Source: Candidatus Undinarchaeota archaeon (GTDB lineage: Archaea; SpSt-1190; JASMDC01). Taken from it: a stretch of 64,000 nucleotides of DNA. How positions within the stretch are numbered: the stretch's first letter is position 1; each line of letters opens with the position of its first letter. The position numbers were made by a program, and so were the translations under genes. Positions 9,049 to 19,137 of this stretch are shown here, one piece after another. The DNA lies in NCBI GenBank assembly GCA_964519305.1, contig CAZFHY010000001.1, positions 486,218 to 550,217 of the forward strand, given 5' to 3'. The notes beneath the pieces were generated by a model. The model worked only from the letters and a program-made list of their open reading frames with translations, was not told the DNA's origin and did not search any database.

Positions 9049-10398
9049 CTAATACCTGAACGACGCCGGGTCCGATCCCGGCGACACCTCCCCAGCGATG
9101 TTCTCGAGCATCATCTTTTTCGCCTCAGCGACATCGGACGTGTGCCCGAGCACCCACGCCAGCTTGATGTAAGCGGTCTCAGGTAACATGTCCTCGAGGA
9201 ATATCACTCCCCGCTCGAGCATAAGACGGCCGTTCTCGTATACATAGGGATCGAGGCGTCCGTACATGCATTGGGGAGCAAAGCATACGATCATGCCCTC
9301 ATCGCGGGCACGCTCGAGGGCCGGGAGCCAGGACTTCTCCTTGTCCAGTGTCTGTGTGGGGACATGGCCCAGACCGGTCGCTTCCACGACAACTCCCCTG
9401 AAGCCCTTGTCGATGTAATGGTGTAGGATCCCAGGATCCTGATTCGGACATACCTTGAGCAGGGCTACTTTTTCCTCCATGGCGGTGTCCGCCGTGACAG
9501 TCACAGCATCATCGCGCTTGACGTACGCCTTATCGAGCACCTCGATACGGCCGTCGGGCCAGGTCTTGGCGATCGGCGGGGCGTTGACCGGTCTGAAGGC
9601 ATCCCGTCGGGATGTATGGAGCTTGCGCACCTTGGTCCCCCGTGTCACCAGGCAGTACGAGTCGTCGCTCTCGCCATGCATGACCAGGGTGACGCCCGCT
9701 ATGTCCGACGTAGCAGCGATCCGTGATCCGCAGATGAGGTTGATTGGGCCATCGAAGGAGCCGCGGTCAGCTGAGCGCTGAGCGCCCACTAGGCAAACGG
9801 GTTTCCTAAGGTCCTTGAGCATGAAGGAGAGCGCTGCTGCGGTGTAGTGGAGGGTATCGGTACCATGCGTGAGCACGGCACCGAGTGCGCCATCGTTGAG
9901 TTCGCTCGCAACGGCCTCGGCCAGCTGCTGGTACTCGCCGAAGGTCATGTCCTCGCTGGCGATGGTGAAGGGTGAGAGCACGTTCCTGAACGTTACCACA
10001 TCGGCGAGCTCGGGCACAGAATAGAACACCTCCTCCGGCTTCATGAGCATGTGCACAGCGCCTGTGCGATAGGAAACACGGGAGGCGATCGTACCTCCTG
10101 TAGCGATTAGAGAGATGGCAGGGAGGTCGTCCCGGGTCGGGAAGTCGCGGGTCGGGAACTGCTCCAGTTCCTGTCGATGGTCCATACGCTCGATGGTCGT
10201 GTTTGTTTCGGGCTTCAGCCCGATATTGTAGCCGTTATCGAGCTTCAGGGTGAGAGTATTCGTGTCACCGAGCTCGATGCGTGGAAGAAGGAGGCCCTCC
10301 ACCACGACCGGTCCACTGGTGATCCGGACACGGTCCCCGGGACGGACGGAGGCCGCGTCGAGCAGCCCCTTGGTCGTCTTGGAATAGGACATGGTCAC
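9049..10398 (-). CDS. gatD: Glu-tRNA(Gln) amidotransferase subunit D
   Basis: Motifs LKLDNGYNIG, TGGTIASR, HGTDT, GAQRSADR, KLHTSRRDAF. Adjacent to gatE. Confidence 0.97.
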   Translation of the reverse strand: MTMSYSKTTKGLLDAASVRPGDRVRITSGPVVVEGLLLPRIELGDTNTLTLKLDNGYNIGLKPETNTTIERMDHRQELEQFPTRDFPTRDDLPAISLIATGGTIASRVSYRTGAVHMLMKPEEVFYSVPELADVVTFRNVLSPFTIASEDMTFGEYQQLAEAVASELNDGALGAVLTHGTDTLHYTAAALSFMLKDLRKPVCLVGAQRSADRGSFDGPINLICGSRIAATSDIAGVTLVMHGESDDSYCLVTRGTKVRKLHTSRRDAFRPVNAPPIAKTWPDGRIEVLDKAYVKRDDAVTVTADTAMEEKVALLKVCPNQDPGILHHYIDKGFRGVVVEATGLGHVPTQTLDKEKSWLPALERARDEGMIVCFAPQCMYGRLDPYVYENGRLMLERGVIFLEDMLPETAYIKLAWVLGHTSDVAEAKKMMLENIAGEVSPGSDPASFRY

Positions 10399-10471
10399 GA
10401 AGGGCGGGACCAGAAATATAAAACTAGTGGGGACGGGGACCGCGGGGCCCGATTGTTCGTATCCTATAACA

Positions 10472-10488
10472 ATACCTTAATAAGGTAT
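10472..10488. promoter_or_regulatory. Perfect 8-1-8 palindrome, candidate operator
   Basis: ATACCTTA-A-TAAGGTAT in the divergent gatD / giant-protein intergenic region, upstream of TATA (CTATAAAT ~10512-10519). Confidence 0.5.
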
Positions 10489-10552
10489 CCACGCCTTCGC
10501 CTGATAAAGAGCTATAAATCGTACGCTCTCAACGGTTTTGGAGGCCATTTTC

Positions 10553-13500
10553 ATGAAGGCGAAGGCATATACGACCCTTTCAATCATTCTAGCGCTGTTC
10601 ATCGCGCTCGGTACAGCCGCGGGATGCGACTATTCGGCTGGTGAGAACTGCCAGACCAAACCAAACATCTGTCCCTGCGATCTTCCCGAGTTCCCAAACT
10701 GCGATCCTTCGCACGCCGACGCCGATGAGCGTGGATGCTGGGGCGAAGGCGGTAGCGGTGGCGCTACCGACTGTGGCCAGCACGTCACACAGGCAGCCTG
10801 CGACGTCACAGGTATGTGCAAGTGGTGCGAGGGCGACTCGGCACCGAACAGCTGTTTCCCCATGGAATACACTTGCCAAGGGAGCACCGGCGGTTACTGT
10901 GGCGACAGCAATTGTGCAGGCACCGAGGGCGAGGACTGCAACACCTGTTCACAGGACTGTGGCTGCCCTTCTGGTGACATCTGCAAGAGCGACGGGCACT
11001 GTTCGCCGGACACAGCTACCTCTGGCTACTGCGGCGACTACTCATGCAATCCTGGCGAGGATTACACTACCTGCTGCAAGGACTGCAAGTGCCCTGACGG
11101 CACGCTCTGCGATACCAACTCGAACACATGCGTCACCGACACCAGCAGCAGTAGTAATGACGACAGTGGCTACGTCTGCTGCCAGCCCTCGGAAAGTGGG
11201 GCTGATGCATGCCGCGTGGATCTCGGGGGCGCCTGCCCGAACGGATTCTCGCACCTCGATAACGAATGGGTGGATCCGTACAACCCCGCCAACTGCATCT
11301 ACCCGGGACCGGGCGCGACGAACCCGCCCTTCTGTCCGGCGGACGGCAGCGGGACGAGCTCTGGGGACTACATCCCCCCCCGGCCCCCGTCCTACGACAC
11401 CTGCGGCAACTGCCACTGGGAGTGCATGTTCGAGGACAATAAGCCCGATTACGAGTGCGACAACCAGTGCGGGTCCGTGTGCGACACGGGGACCACATAC
11501 CAGCCCGACCCGTCCTCAGAGCCTTCCGACCAGTGTCAGAACTGCCTCGACAAGTGCATGTACGAGATGCACCGCTCGAGCACGGAGTGCAAGGGGTTCT
11601 GCGAGTACGACTGCGGTGGTGCTGACGAGCCCACACCCACACCTTATACTTCAACGACCGATACCGGAGACCAGTGCGACAACTGCATGGACAAGTGCCG
11701 GTACGAGATGGGCCGTTCGACCTCTGAGTGCGAGGGCTTCTGCGAGTACGACTGCGGCGGAGGGGACACGGGTACAGATGACTTCGACACGTCCACTCCT
11801 TGTGGACAGTGCGAGTACCAGTGCGAGGTAGTGGAAAGGAAACCGGTCTACGAGTGCGATAAGATATGTGCACCCAAGTGCTCGGATTCGCCTCTCTTTG
11901 ATAACGAATGCGACAAGTGCTTCTACCAGTGCGTAGAGGTAGAGGGGAACTCGGAGTACAGATGCAAGGACAGGTGTCGGCCGGCCTGTGAGGGCGGCAC
12001 GGAGCAGCCATCGGGCAACGAGTGCGATAATTGCTTGTACAAGTGCGTAGAGGTGGAGGGGAACCTGGAGTACAGGTGCAAGGACAGGTGCCAGCCGGTC
12101 TGTGGGAGCATTCCGGAACAGCATGATGATTGCGGTATCTGCACCCACGAGTGCGAGGTCGTCGAACGTAGGCCCACCTACGAGTGCAAGTCGCTCTGTC
12201 GTGACGTCTGCGATGTGCCATTGGACACGGGTGATGCCCCCGACGTTAGAATCATCCCGACGACGGTCCGCCTGTACGAGCCCATGAACATTTGCAGAGG
12301 GAAGCTGAGCCTCGACGACGTCGACATGACCCGTTCCGAGGCTTTCTTCACAGCCGTGCGACCTGATGGTGCCAAGGAAGGATTCAACATCAAGTTCGAC
12401 GAGTTGAGATACTACCCGTTCTTCATTCACTTCGGTACATTTGCCGTCCATGCGGACGAGAGCTCGAGCCTTGAGCGCGATGCCGCCAACATCAACATCC
12501 ACAAGACCCCCGAGTGCGGGCCTTTCCCACCGCCGGACGACATCGGGGGTTCTGATGACGGCGGATGGCAGCCTTCGGGGGACGATATCCCCCCCAAGCC
12601 CCCGATCTACGACCGCTGCGGGACGTGCAAATGGAAGTGTGAGTTCGAGCAGAACCGTCCCGAGTACGAGTGCCGGGACGAGTGCGGCATTGTGTGCGGG
12701 GAGACCGAGGATCCCTGGGGAACGGACGAGTCCGATGAGTTCGACCTGTCAGAACCACCGTCCTACGCCTTCCGGGACCGACCTATGGAAGGCGGCTTTG
12801 TCGGTCGCCCCCTCCTGCTCAAGCTCAACGAGCCCGTCGAGGTGTGCGGGATGCAGTTCGAGGCGCTCGCCATCAATCCGGAGGAGCGCGTTCTGATGAT
12901 AAAGGCAGTGTGGCCCGATGGTAAGGCCGAGGAGGTCGGTGTCGATATAGACCAGGTGCTCGCGGGGACCATGCACGGCCTCGTCAAGCACTTCGACACG
13001 GTGTCGCTCCACGTCCCCGAGCCTGATAACGAGGAGGACAAACCGCCAATCGCCCGGAACTGGGCCGTGCTCGCCGCGATGATACGGACGGACTGTGCGC
13101 CGTTCTCCCTCTCGGACCTCATGCGAGGACCTGGCGAGGATCCGACCGAAGGGCCAGGTGACGGGGATGCCATCGTCGCTGACATCGAGATACTGGACGA
13201 CGGTCGGTTCATCACCAAGCTCGAGCGAGGTCAATGGACTCTCGTGTGCAGCCGAAGGGTGCGGTACCTGGACCTCAAGGACGGCGGCAAGGTGGCCGTC
13301 GTCGAGGCGGACACAGGGATCCGGATGCGCGAGCTACTCTTCAGAGCGGACACGTTCCACGATGAGGACGGCCGCGAGGTCACGGATGAACAACGCGTTG
13401 GCCTCAACATGGTAAAAGCGCTCAAGGACGGATTCCATGACGGCAACGTCCTCGCCATCCTCGTGAAGCCAGATCTCAGGTGTTCGGAGGAGCTCAAACA

Positions 13501-15691
13501 GCAGACGGGCGAGCAGCCCGTTCCCGGTGAGGGTCTAGAGCTCCCCAGCAGAATGATCTGCTGCGAACCAGAGGATGGTGCCGGTTCGGCCTGCATGGTC
13601 CCGATGCAAGGCAAGTGCCCCCGGGGCTTCAAAGCACTGGAGAACGAATGGATCGATCCGGACAGTAAGAACAATTGCATTTCTGATAGAGGCGTACGGC
13701 GCCCATTCTGTCGTGTCGGCCCTACCGATGAAGAAGGTCCGCAATGCGGTGACGGTGAGTGTCAGGAGAACGAGTCACAGGAGACCTGCTGCAAGGACTG
13801 TGGGTGCCCAGAGAACATGAGCTGCAGGGACGACAGGTGTGTCGCGAGGGCTCCGGACAACACCCGTCAGTGTGCCACGTTCTGCGGCCGGGTGACCGAA
13901 CCCGAGGTCTGCTCATTCGCCTGCATGTCATGCCCGGACTGCACGGACAAGGCCCCACCATGGCCCTGTCTTACTGACTGTGTCAAGGCCGAAACGGGCA
14001 TCGGTATGTCCGACCTGTGCGACAAGCGGTGCTCAAGGTCTAAGGACCCGGATACCTGCAACGCAGTGTGCGGTTCATGTCACAAGTGCTTGTTCATGAA
14101 GGACGCCAACAGGTGTCTTACAAACTGCGCTAAGGACAAGCTTAAAGTGTTCGCCAAGCGGTGTGACGGCATCTGCGATTCCTTCGGCGAGAAGGACGTC
14201 TGCAATCCCATCTGCCGCGATTGTCGCAAGTGCGTAGTCGATCCCGATGACACTTGTGCCGAGGAGTGTGTCAGCGAGCGCCGGGGAACTATGAAGGATG
14301 CCTGTGAAGAGGCCTGCGTCGACGAGGGTCCTGAGTGCGTGGATAAATGCCTCAAGTGCAGGAAGTGTGTCCCTCAGCTCGGTAAGGACGGCCTCCCGGA
14401 CTGCCTGCGTTCTTGTCTGGACTCCCAGGGCATGAAAAGGAAGATGCTCGACATGCTCAAGAAGGTCCAGGCAGAGGACGATGACATGGCCCGGAAGCTC
14501 CTGGTCGCCAGTGCCCTGGACGACAAGAAGAAAGAGCGCTTCCACAAGGCCATCGCCGACTCGCGCCACTCCATCAACGACCAGCGAGTCGATGATGCGA
14601 AGAAAGCCCTCGAGGACTTGGAGAAACAGCTGGCCGAGCTCAAGGAGCTCGAGATGAAGGTCAGGGTCCTTGAGAAGAAGGTGACGACGGTCAGGAAGAA
14701 GGTCGAGCGCAAGGACCTAGCAAAACACGTTTCCATGTTCGTCAAGAACAGGGCCGTCGATGAGGGTGATAACGTCACCGACGATACTGCCGATGACATA
14801 GCCAACGACACCGTTGAGGTAACCGAGGAAGAGATCAACATCACCCTAGAGGCTGAGGTGCTCGAGGTCGAAGAGGGCGAAACCAAGGAGAACGTCAGCG
14901 TGTTCACCATCTCGGTCAAGAACCTCAAGGACAAGAACCTCACTGACGTCACCATTATCCAGTCCATCCCCAAGGAGATCGCGGAGAGCGCATCCGAGCT
15001 CGTGTTCGCCGGTGCTGTGACCATCATCGAGGACGATCCAATCGTTGGATGGGACCTCTCAATGCTCGAAGAGGAGGAAGAACATAAGCTCAGCTTCTCC
15101 ACGAAGAAGAAGGTGGACCTTGATGCTATTGCCGACACCGAGACCGCTGCCGTCAAGGTAGCTGTCGAAGAGGTCGAGGTCAACACAATCGAGCAGGAGA
15201 TGGCATCCGAGGAAGGAGTGACCGATACTGAGGAGACCAAGCAGGCAATGGTGGAGCGCATCGAGGCCAGCTCCGACCAGCCTACTGGTGCGGTCGCACC
15301 TGTCGAGGGAGCGCCTGACGACAAGCCCGCTGATGAAGCGGCCACCAAGTCCGAGCTTCCCTTCGGGCTGTCGGGCAAGGACCTGCGCGGACTGCTCCTT
15401 GTCCTCATGGCGGTCGTCGTGCTCGTTGCCATGGTGAAGACCGGTATGACCACGGGCGGTACGTCCTCAGTTAGCACGGTCGAGCAGGATCGCCTTGAGG
15501 AGGCCTTCGGTCATGGTGAGGTCATCTCTGTCGAGGAGGACGGTGACGAGGTCGTCACAAAAGTGGAATCCCCGGTGAAGGTCGAGAAGAAGAAGGGCAA
15601 GGAGAAAACCGACACCGAGGAGACCGAGGGGGAAACGGAAGAAGACGAAGAAGAGAGTGATGAAGAAGAGGACAAGGGGAAGGCAGAATAA
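10553..15691 (+). CDS. Giant (1712 aa) cysteine-rich, secreted, membrane-anchored surface protein
   Basis: Signal peptide MKAKAYTTLSIILALFIALGTAAG, several Cys-repeat families, a coiled coil, a C-terminal TM (LLLVLMAVVVLVAMV) and an acidic tail. GGAGG SD upstream. Confidence 0.9.
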   Translation: MKAKAYTTLSIILALFIALGTAAGCDYSAGENCQTKPNICPCDLPEFPNCDPSHADADERGCWGEGGSGGATDCGQHVTQAACDVTGMCKWCEGDSAPNSCFPMEYTCQGSTGGYCGDSNCAGTEGEDCNTCSQDCGCPSGDICKSDGHCSPDTATSGYCGDYSCNPGEDYTTCCKDCKCPDGTLCDTNSNTCVTDTSSSSNDDSGYVCCQPSESGADACRVDLGGACPNGFSHLDNEWVDPYNPANCIYPGPGATNPPFCPADGSGTSSGDYIPPRPPSYDTCGNCHWECMFEDNKPDYECDNQCGSVCDTGTTYQPDPSSEPSDQCQNCLDKCMYEMHRSSTECKGFCEYDCGGADEPTPTPYTSTTDTGDQCDNCMDKCRYEMGRSTSECEGFCEYDCGGGDTGTDDFDTSTPCGQCEYQCEVVERKPVYECDKICAPKCSDSPLFDNECDKCFYQCVEVEGNSEYRCKDRCRPACEGGTEQPSGNECDNCLYKCVEVEGNLEYRCKDRCQPVCGSIPEQHDDCGICTHECEVVERRPTYECKSLCRDVCDVPLDTGDAPDVRIIPTTVRLYEPMNICRGKLSLDDVDMTRSEAFFTAVRPDGAKEGFNIKFDELRYYPFFIHFGTFAVHADESSSLERDAANINIHKTPECGPFPPPDDIGGSDDGGWQPSGDDIPPKPPIYDRCGTCKWKCEFEQNRPEYECRDECGIVCGETEDPWGTDESDEFDLSEPPSYAFRDRPMEGGFVGRPLLLKLNEPVEVCGMQFEALAINPEERVLMIKAVWPDGKAEEVGVDIDQVLAGTMHGLVKHFDTVSLHVPEPDNEEDKPPIARNWAVLAAMIRTDCAPFSLSDLMRGPGEDPTEGPGDGDAIVADIEILDDGRFITKLERGQWTLVCSRRVRYLDLKDGGKVAVVEADTGIRMRELLFRADTFHDEDGREVTDEQRVGLNMVKALKDGFHDGNVLAILVKPDLRCSEELKQQTGEQPVPGEGLELPSRMICCEPEDGAGSACMVPMQGKCPRGFKALENEWIDPDSKNNCISDRGVRRPFCRVGPTDEEGPQCGDGECQENESQETCCKDCGCPENMSCRDDRCVARAPDNTRQCATFCGRVTEPEVCSFACMSCPDCTDKAPPWPCLTDCVKAETGIGMSDLCDKRCSRSKDPDTCNAVCGSCHKCLFMKDANRCLTNCAKDKLKVFAKRCDGICDSFGEKDVCNPICRDCRKCVVDPDDTCAEECVSERRGTMKDACEEACVDEGPECVDKCLKCRKCVPQLGKDGLPDCLRSCLDSQGMKRKMLDMLKKVQAEDDDMARKLLVASALDDKKKERFHKAIADSRHSINDQRVDDAKKALEDLEKQLAELKELEMKVRVLEKKVTTVRKKVERKDLAKHVSMFVKNRAVDEGDNVTDDTADDIANDTVEVTEEEINITLEAEVLEVEEGETKENVSVFTISVKNLKDKNLTDVTIIQSIPKEIAESASELVFAGAVTIIEDDPIVGWDLSMLEEEEEHKLSFSTKKKVDLDAIADTETAAVKVAVEEVEVNTIEQEMASEEGVTDTEETKQAMVERIEASSDQPTGAVAPVEGAPDDKPADEAATKSELPFGLSGKDLRGLLLVLMAVVVLVAMVKTGMTTGGTSSVSTVEQDRLEEAFGHGEVISVEEDGDEVVTKVESPVKVEKKKGKEKTDTEETEGETEEDEEESDEEEDKGKAE
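11400..12212 (+). repeat. Seven tandem Cx2Cx3Cx10Cx3Cx3C modules in the giant protein (eighth copy at ~12616-12698)
   Basis: Examples: CQNCLDKCMYEMHRSSTECKGFCEYDC, CDNCMDKCRYEMGRSTSECEGFCEYDC, CDKCFYQCVEVEGNSEYRCKDRCRPAC, CDNCLYKCVEVEGNLEYRCKDRCQPVC. Confidence 0.85.
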
Positions 15692-15853
15692 CCTCCCCTT
15701 GTGCCCTCTCCGAGGAACCCCCGCTGTTAAAGGATAGACTTATAAGCCGGATACCGCGACCAGCCCTGACATAATGTGTCACGGCGTCGCTTTCCGAAAT
15801 GTATATAAGCGTCCAGAGACATATATTACTACTCTACGGGGGTAACAAAAGAA

Positions 15854-17848
15854 ATGGAAATGCAAGCGTCCGGTGATGTGGCCGGCGGTGGATTGACCGG
15901 CCAGGGTGTCGAGGGAGGTCCCCATTTCTTCTACACCGACGTCAACGGTACCCGCGTAGAGAACTATCAGACCGATTTGGACGCCATCGTAGGCAACCTG
16001 GGCGGCGATTTCAAGTATGGGGTGTCACCCCAGGGCTATGTCGCGACCTTGCTCGATGGAGATGCTTCCTGCCATTCGCTTGAGTACGGCGGCAGGCAGG
16101 TGCACAATACCGTAAACGGCATCCTGGAGCTACGTCCGGTCAAGGGCGGCGATGAGCTCTCGGCCACGGAGCTGGAGTACGCCCAAGAGGGTGATACATA
16201 CCTCCCCATCGTGAAAGCGACCTACGGCGACGTCGCCACTGGTGAATTCTTCTCAACAACCGACGGTATAGGTGTAGCGCGCTACCATGGTAAGGACGTC
16301 GACACTGTCAAGGATCCTCGTGTATTCATCCGCAACGAGTCCAGCCCCAACGTCTATCTGAAGCAGACCGACGCTCAGGCGCGAACGGGGACCGTCGACA
16401 TCGACGGTGACTCCCAGTCGTACTTCGTCGAGATCAACCACATGAAGGGCGATACCTGGGGCGAGAACCGCGCGATCATCACGCTCACCTATGACAAGGA
16501 CGGGGAGCACAACGTCCTCTTCGCCATGAGCCCGTACAAGGACGCGGACTCCATGGCCTCCCGCATGATCGAGAAGGTCGGTAAGATCGACCAAGAGATG
16601 GAGAAGGCCAAGGGTCAGTATTCCAAGATCATGAAGGAAAAGGGTATCGATGTGTTCGGTACGTTCATCGACCATCTGGAGAATGTCGTAGACACCTACG
16701 GGGGCATCCCCCAGCGTATCCGTATCGACGGCAAGCCCGCCTCCACATGGGGCGAGCAGGTCGACCAGTTCGCGATCCCGCTATCGACCATCCGCGAGGT
16801 CGGCGAGGGTATCGGCCGCGCCGCGCCCGCCCGCCGCACCGAGGAGCACGACCGCCTGTACAATGTGGGCGAGCTCCTGGAGGTCATGCACTTCTTCCCA
16901 AAGCACGCCACGTTCTCGGCGAGTCTGCCCTTCGACGCCACCGCGGTCCCCCTGCAGTCCACTGACGGGAAGATCCGCTACACCGCTTCCGGTGGCTACG
17001 GCGGCATGGAGTGGCCCGGCCGGGACGGCGCCCACATCGCAGGTGACCTGGCCCGGGACGGCTGGCACCGGTTCTCCTCAAAGCAGGACCTGTACAAGGA
17101 GTCCTGGCCGCTTGTCGAGAAGCTCGTCGGCAAGCTCGAGGAGAAGATGGGCCCCAATAACGAGGTCCCTTGGTCCTTCTGCCCCTGGGAACACTTCGCA
17201 GGTAAGCTCTCATATGTAGGTATCGAGGTGAGCCAGGGACTGAGGAACGCTGCCCACATCGCCGAGGAGCTCGGGTACACCGACAAGGCCCGCGACTGGG
17301 AGAACAAGGCCGACATTCTCAAGCAGAAGACAATCGACCAGTTCTGGAACAACGACCAGGGCTACTTCATTCGCGAGGAGCACGACGGACACCTGGACGC
17401 ATCGCCCAACATGTCCGCCATCCTCAACGGATTCCTGGACCTCTCTAAGGACAACGAGCGCAACATGGCCGAGCGCATCCTGGCGGCCGTGGACCCGCGC
17501 TCCGCGGAGTTCGGCGGCATCCTCCGCATGGAGGACGAGTACTACATCGGTCGCAACCCGTGGTTCGTGTGCACCGGTCAGTACGTCCAGGCGACCGAGA
17601 AGCTGGCCAAGGCCGAGGACGCAGCCGGTGACAGGGGCGCTGCCCAAGTCTACCGCGATGTTGCTGACGGATTCATCTCCTGGATGGAGGAGCACCAGAA
17701 CGACTCGGGCACCTACCCCGAGCAGAAGATGTTCCACCAGCCACCACGGACCGACGACGGCTCCAATATCCCACCCCTTGAAGGCTGGACACTGCTCCCC
17801 TGGTCCGAGGTAGAGGTCCGCAAGGCCCTTATCGCCCGGGACGAGTAA
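15854..17848 (+). CDS. Glycoside hydrolase family 15 (glucoamylase-like), divergent
   Basis: Motifs WPGRDG, CPWE, LDAS, GGILR..D.Y..RNPWFVCT, PEQ and LPWS of the GH15 (alpha/alpha)6 barrel. Confidence 0.75.
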   Translation: MEMQASGDVAGGGLTGQGVEGGPHFFYTDVNGTRVENYQTDLDAIVGNLGGDFKYGVSPQGYVATLLDGDASCHSLEYGGRQVHNTVNGILELRPVKGGDELSATELEYAQEGDTYLPIVKATYGDVATGEFFSTTDGIGVARYHGKDVDTVKDPRVFIRNESSPNVYLKQTDAQARTGTVDIDGDSQSYFVEINHMKGDTWGENRAIITLTYDKDGEHNVLFAMSPYKDADSMASRMIEKVGKIDQEMEKAKGQYSKIMKEKGIDVFGTFIDHLENVVDTYGGIPQRIRIDGKPASTWGEQVDQFAIPLSTIREVGEGIGRAAPARRTEEHDRLYNVGELLEVMHFFPKHATFSASLPFDATAVPLQSTDGKIRYTASGGYGGMEWPGRDGAHIAGDLARDGWHRFSSKQDLYKESWPLVEKLVGKLEEKMGPNNEVPWSFCPWEHFAGKLSYVGIEVSQGLRNAAHIAEELGYTDKARDWENKADILKQKTIDQFWNNDQGYFIREEHDGHLDASPNMSAILNGFLDLSKDNERNMAERILAAVDPRSAEFGGILRMEDEYYIGRNPWFVCTGQYVQATEKLAKAEDAAGDRGAAQVYRDVADGFISWMEEHQNDSGTYPEQKMFHQPPRTDDGSNIPPLEGWTLLPWSEVEVRKALIARDE

Positions 17849-17939
17849 CTCCACAGGCCTTCTGTGAACGACCGTCCAGTCCTTGGAGCGTTATTCTCTA
17901 TATAGGGGCGCCTCTGAGTTGAAGTGGACCGATAGGCGT

Positions 17940-18551
17940 CTATCCGTGCCGCGGGTCCCTATGACGCCGATGGGACACGATGCGGGCCATCTTCTCGTTC
18001 TCGACCCTGAGCTGGTCCCGCTCTGCAGAGAGCTTGGCGACCTTGTCCACTGTCTGGGACATGGTGAGATCGGCCTCATGTACCTTCTTACAGGCCGAAG
18101 ATAGTCCGCTGACCTCGCGCCGCATTGCGGCCATGTCCTTAGCGAGCCCCTCCATTTCCCCACCCAGGCGCTGTGTGCGTTCAACGCCCTGAGCAAGGCG
18201 ACCGACCTGATCCTCGACTGACTGGACCACACGCTCTTCGATGGCCCCGGCGACGGCCTCGCAGAGACCTTCCCGCACCACGCCGAGTTCGGCCAGCTCT
18301 CGTCGCAATCGACGCATCCCATCCTCCACGTCCTTGGAGAGAGCTGCAGTGCGCTCAAGCTGAGCGGCCTCCTGCTCAAGGCCTTTGGAGAGCCTCGTGT
18401 CCAGTTCATCGACGCGTTGCTCCATGGCCTCAACGCGGTCGACCATACCACTAAGCTTCTGGTCGATGGATTGGACTGCCTTCAGCACCTTGGAAGCAGC
18501 CTCATCGCTATGACGCATTGCTTCAAGCGAACCCTTGAGCGTACCGTACAT
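17940..18551 (-). CDS. Hypothetical coiled-coil protein
   Basis: 203-aa heptad-rich ORF in tandem with 18566-18970. Confidence 0.6.
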   Translation of the reverse strand: MYGTLKGSLEAMRHSDEAASKVLKAVQSIDQKLSGMVDRVEAMEQRVDELDTRLSKGLEQEAAQLERTAALSKDVEDGMRRLRRELAELGVVREGLCEAVAGAIEERVVQSVEDQVGRLAQGVERTQRLGGEMEGLAKDMAAMRREVSGLSSACKKVHEADLTMSQTVDKVAKLSAERDQLRVENEKMARIVSHRRHRDPRHG

Positions 18552-18565
18552 GACAGGCCACCCCC

Positions 18566-18970
18566 CTATGAAGAGGTCTTCTCCCGGCGGAGCTTGGGTG
18601 TCGCCTTCTCACGCCTGGACTCCAGCGCGGCCTCGATGTTCACGATCTCCCCACGAACGGTCCCAACAAATTGGGCGAGGTTCTGGAGGAAAGAACGCTG
18701 ACGCTCGGTCTTGAGCTCGTCCCATCGCGTATCCTTAAGGCGGTCGAGCACATTCAGGGCAGCATCGATCACTGGATCGAAAGCGACCGACCGGCCCAGC
18801 AGCTCAGATCCCAGGTTCTCGAGCGTTTGGCTTCCTTGACGGACGACCTCCAGGTTCCGTCGAAGCTCGTACTGGTCGGCATCATCGATGCCCGAAGGAA
18901 TCCTCTTGGCGGTGGCGTCGAAAGCGGCGATGGCCTTGGAAAGGACATCCAGAGCGTCTTTCCGTCCCAT
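18566..18970 (-). CDS. Hypothetical helical protein
   Basis: 134-aa ORF with a TATA-like TTTTTAT ~25 bp upstream on the minus strand. Confidence 0.6.
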   Translation of the reverse strand: MGRKDALDVLSKAIAAFDATAKRIPSGIDDADQYELRRNLEVVRQGSQTLENLGSELLGRSVAFDPVIDAALNVLDRLKDTRWDELKTERQRSFLQNLAQFVGTVRGEIVNIEAALESRREKATPKLRREKTSS

Positions 18971-19137
18971 GGTCAGTCATAAGCGACGAGGAGATAAAAA
19001 CGTTTTGGCCGCGCGACGTGCGAAATAGTTATCATCATCGTGAACGGTGTACAGCACCCCAATGATGCCTGTTTCTTCCGCACCTCTTGGAAAGCCATAA
19101 AAAGCCTATGCATTTGACAGTCTACAGGTGTGAGACC

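Noticed and set aside
11500-12110. CRISPR-like repeats
   Set aside because: The repeats are in-frame coding duplications without unique spacers. The same applies to 22388-22630, and no cas genes are present.
11400-14090. Multiheme cytochrome (CGNCH and CGSCH motifs)
   Set aside because: Only two CxxCH among many CxxC repeats, and the His is not conserved between repeat copies.
10641-15477. Long alternative-frame and antisense ORFs over the giant gene (and similar ones such as 57498-58628 and 23688-24710)
   Set aside because: Shadow ORFs caused by high GC3, with low-complexity R/S/T/P composition and full overlap with well-supported genes.
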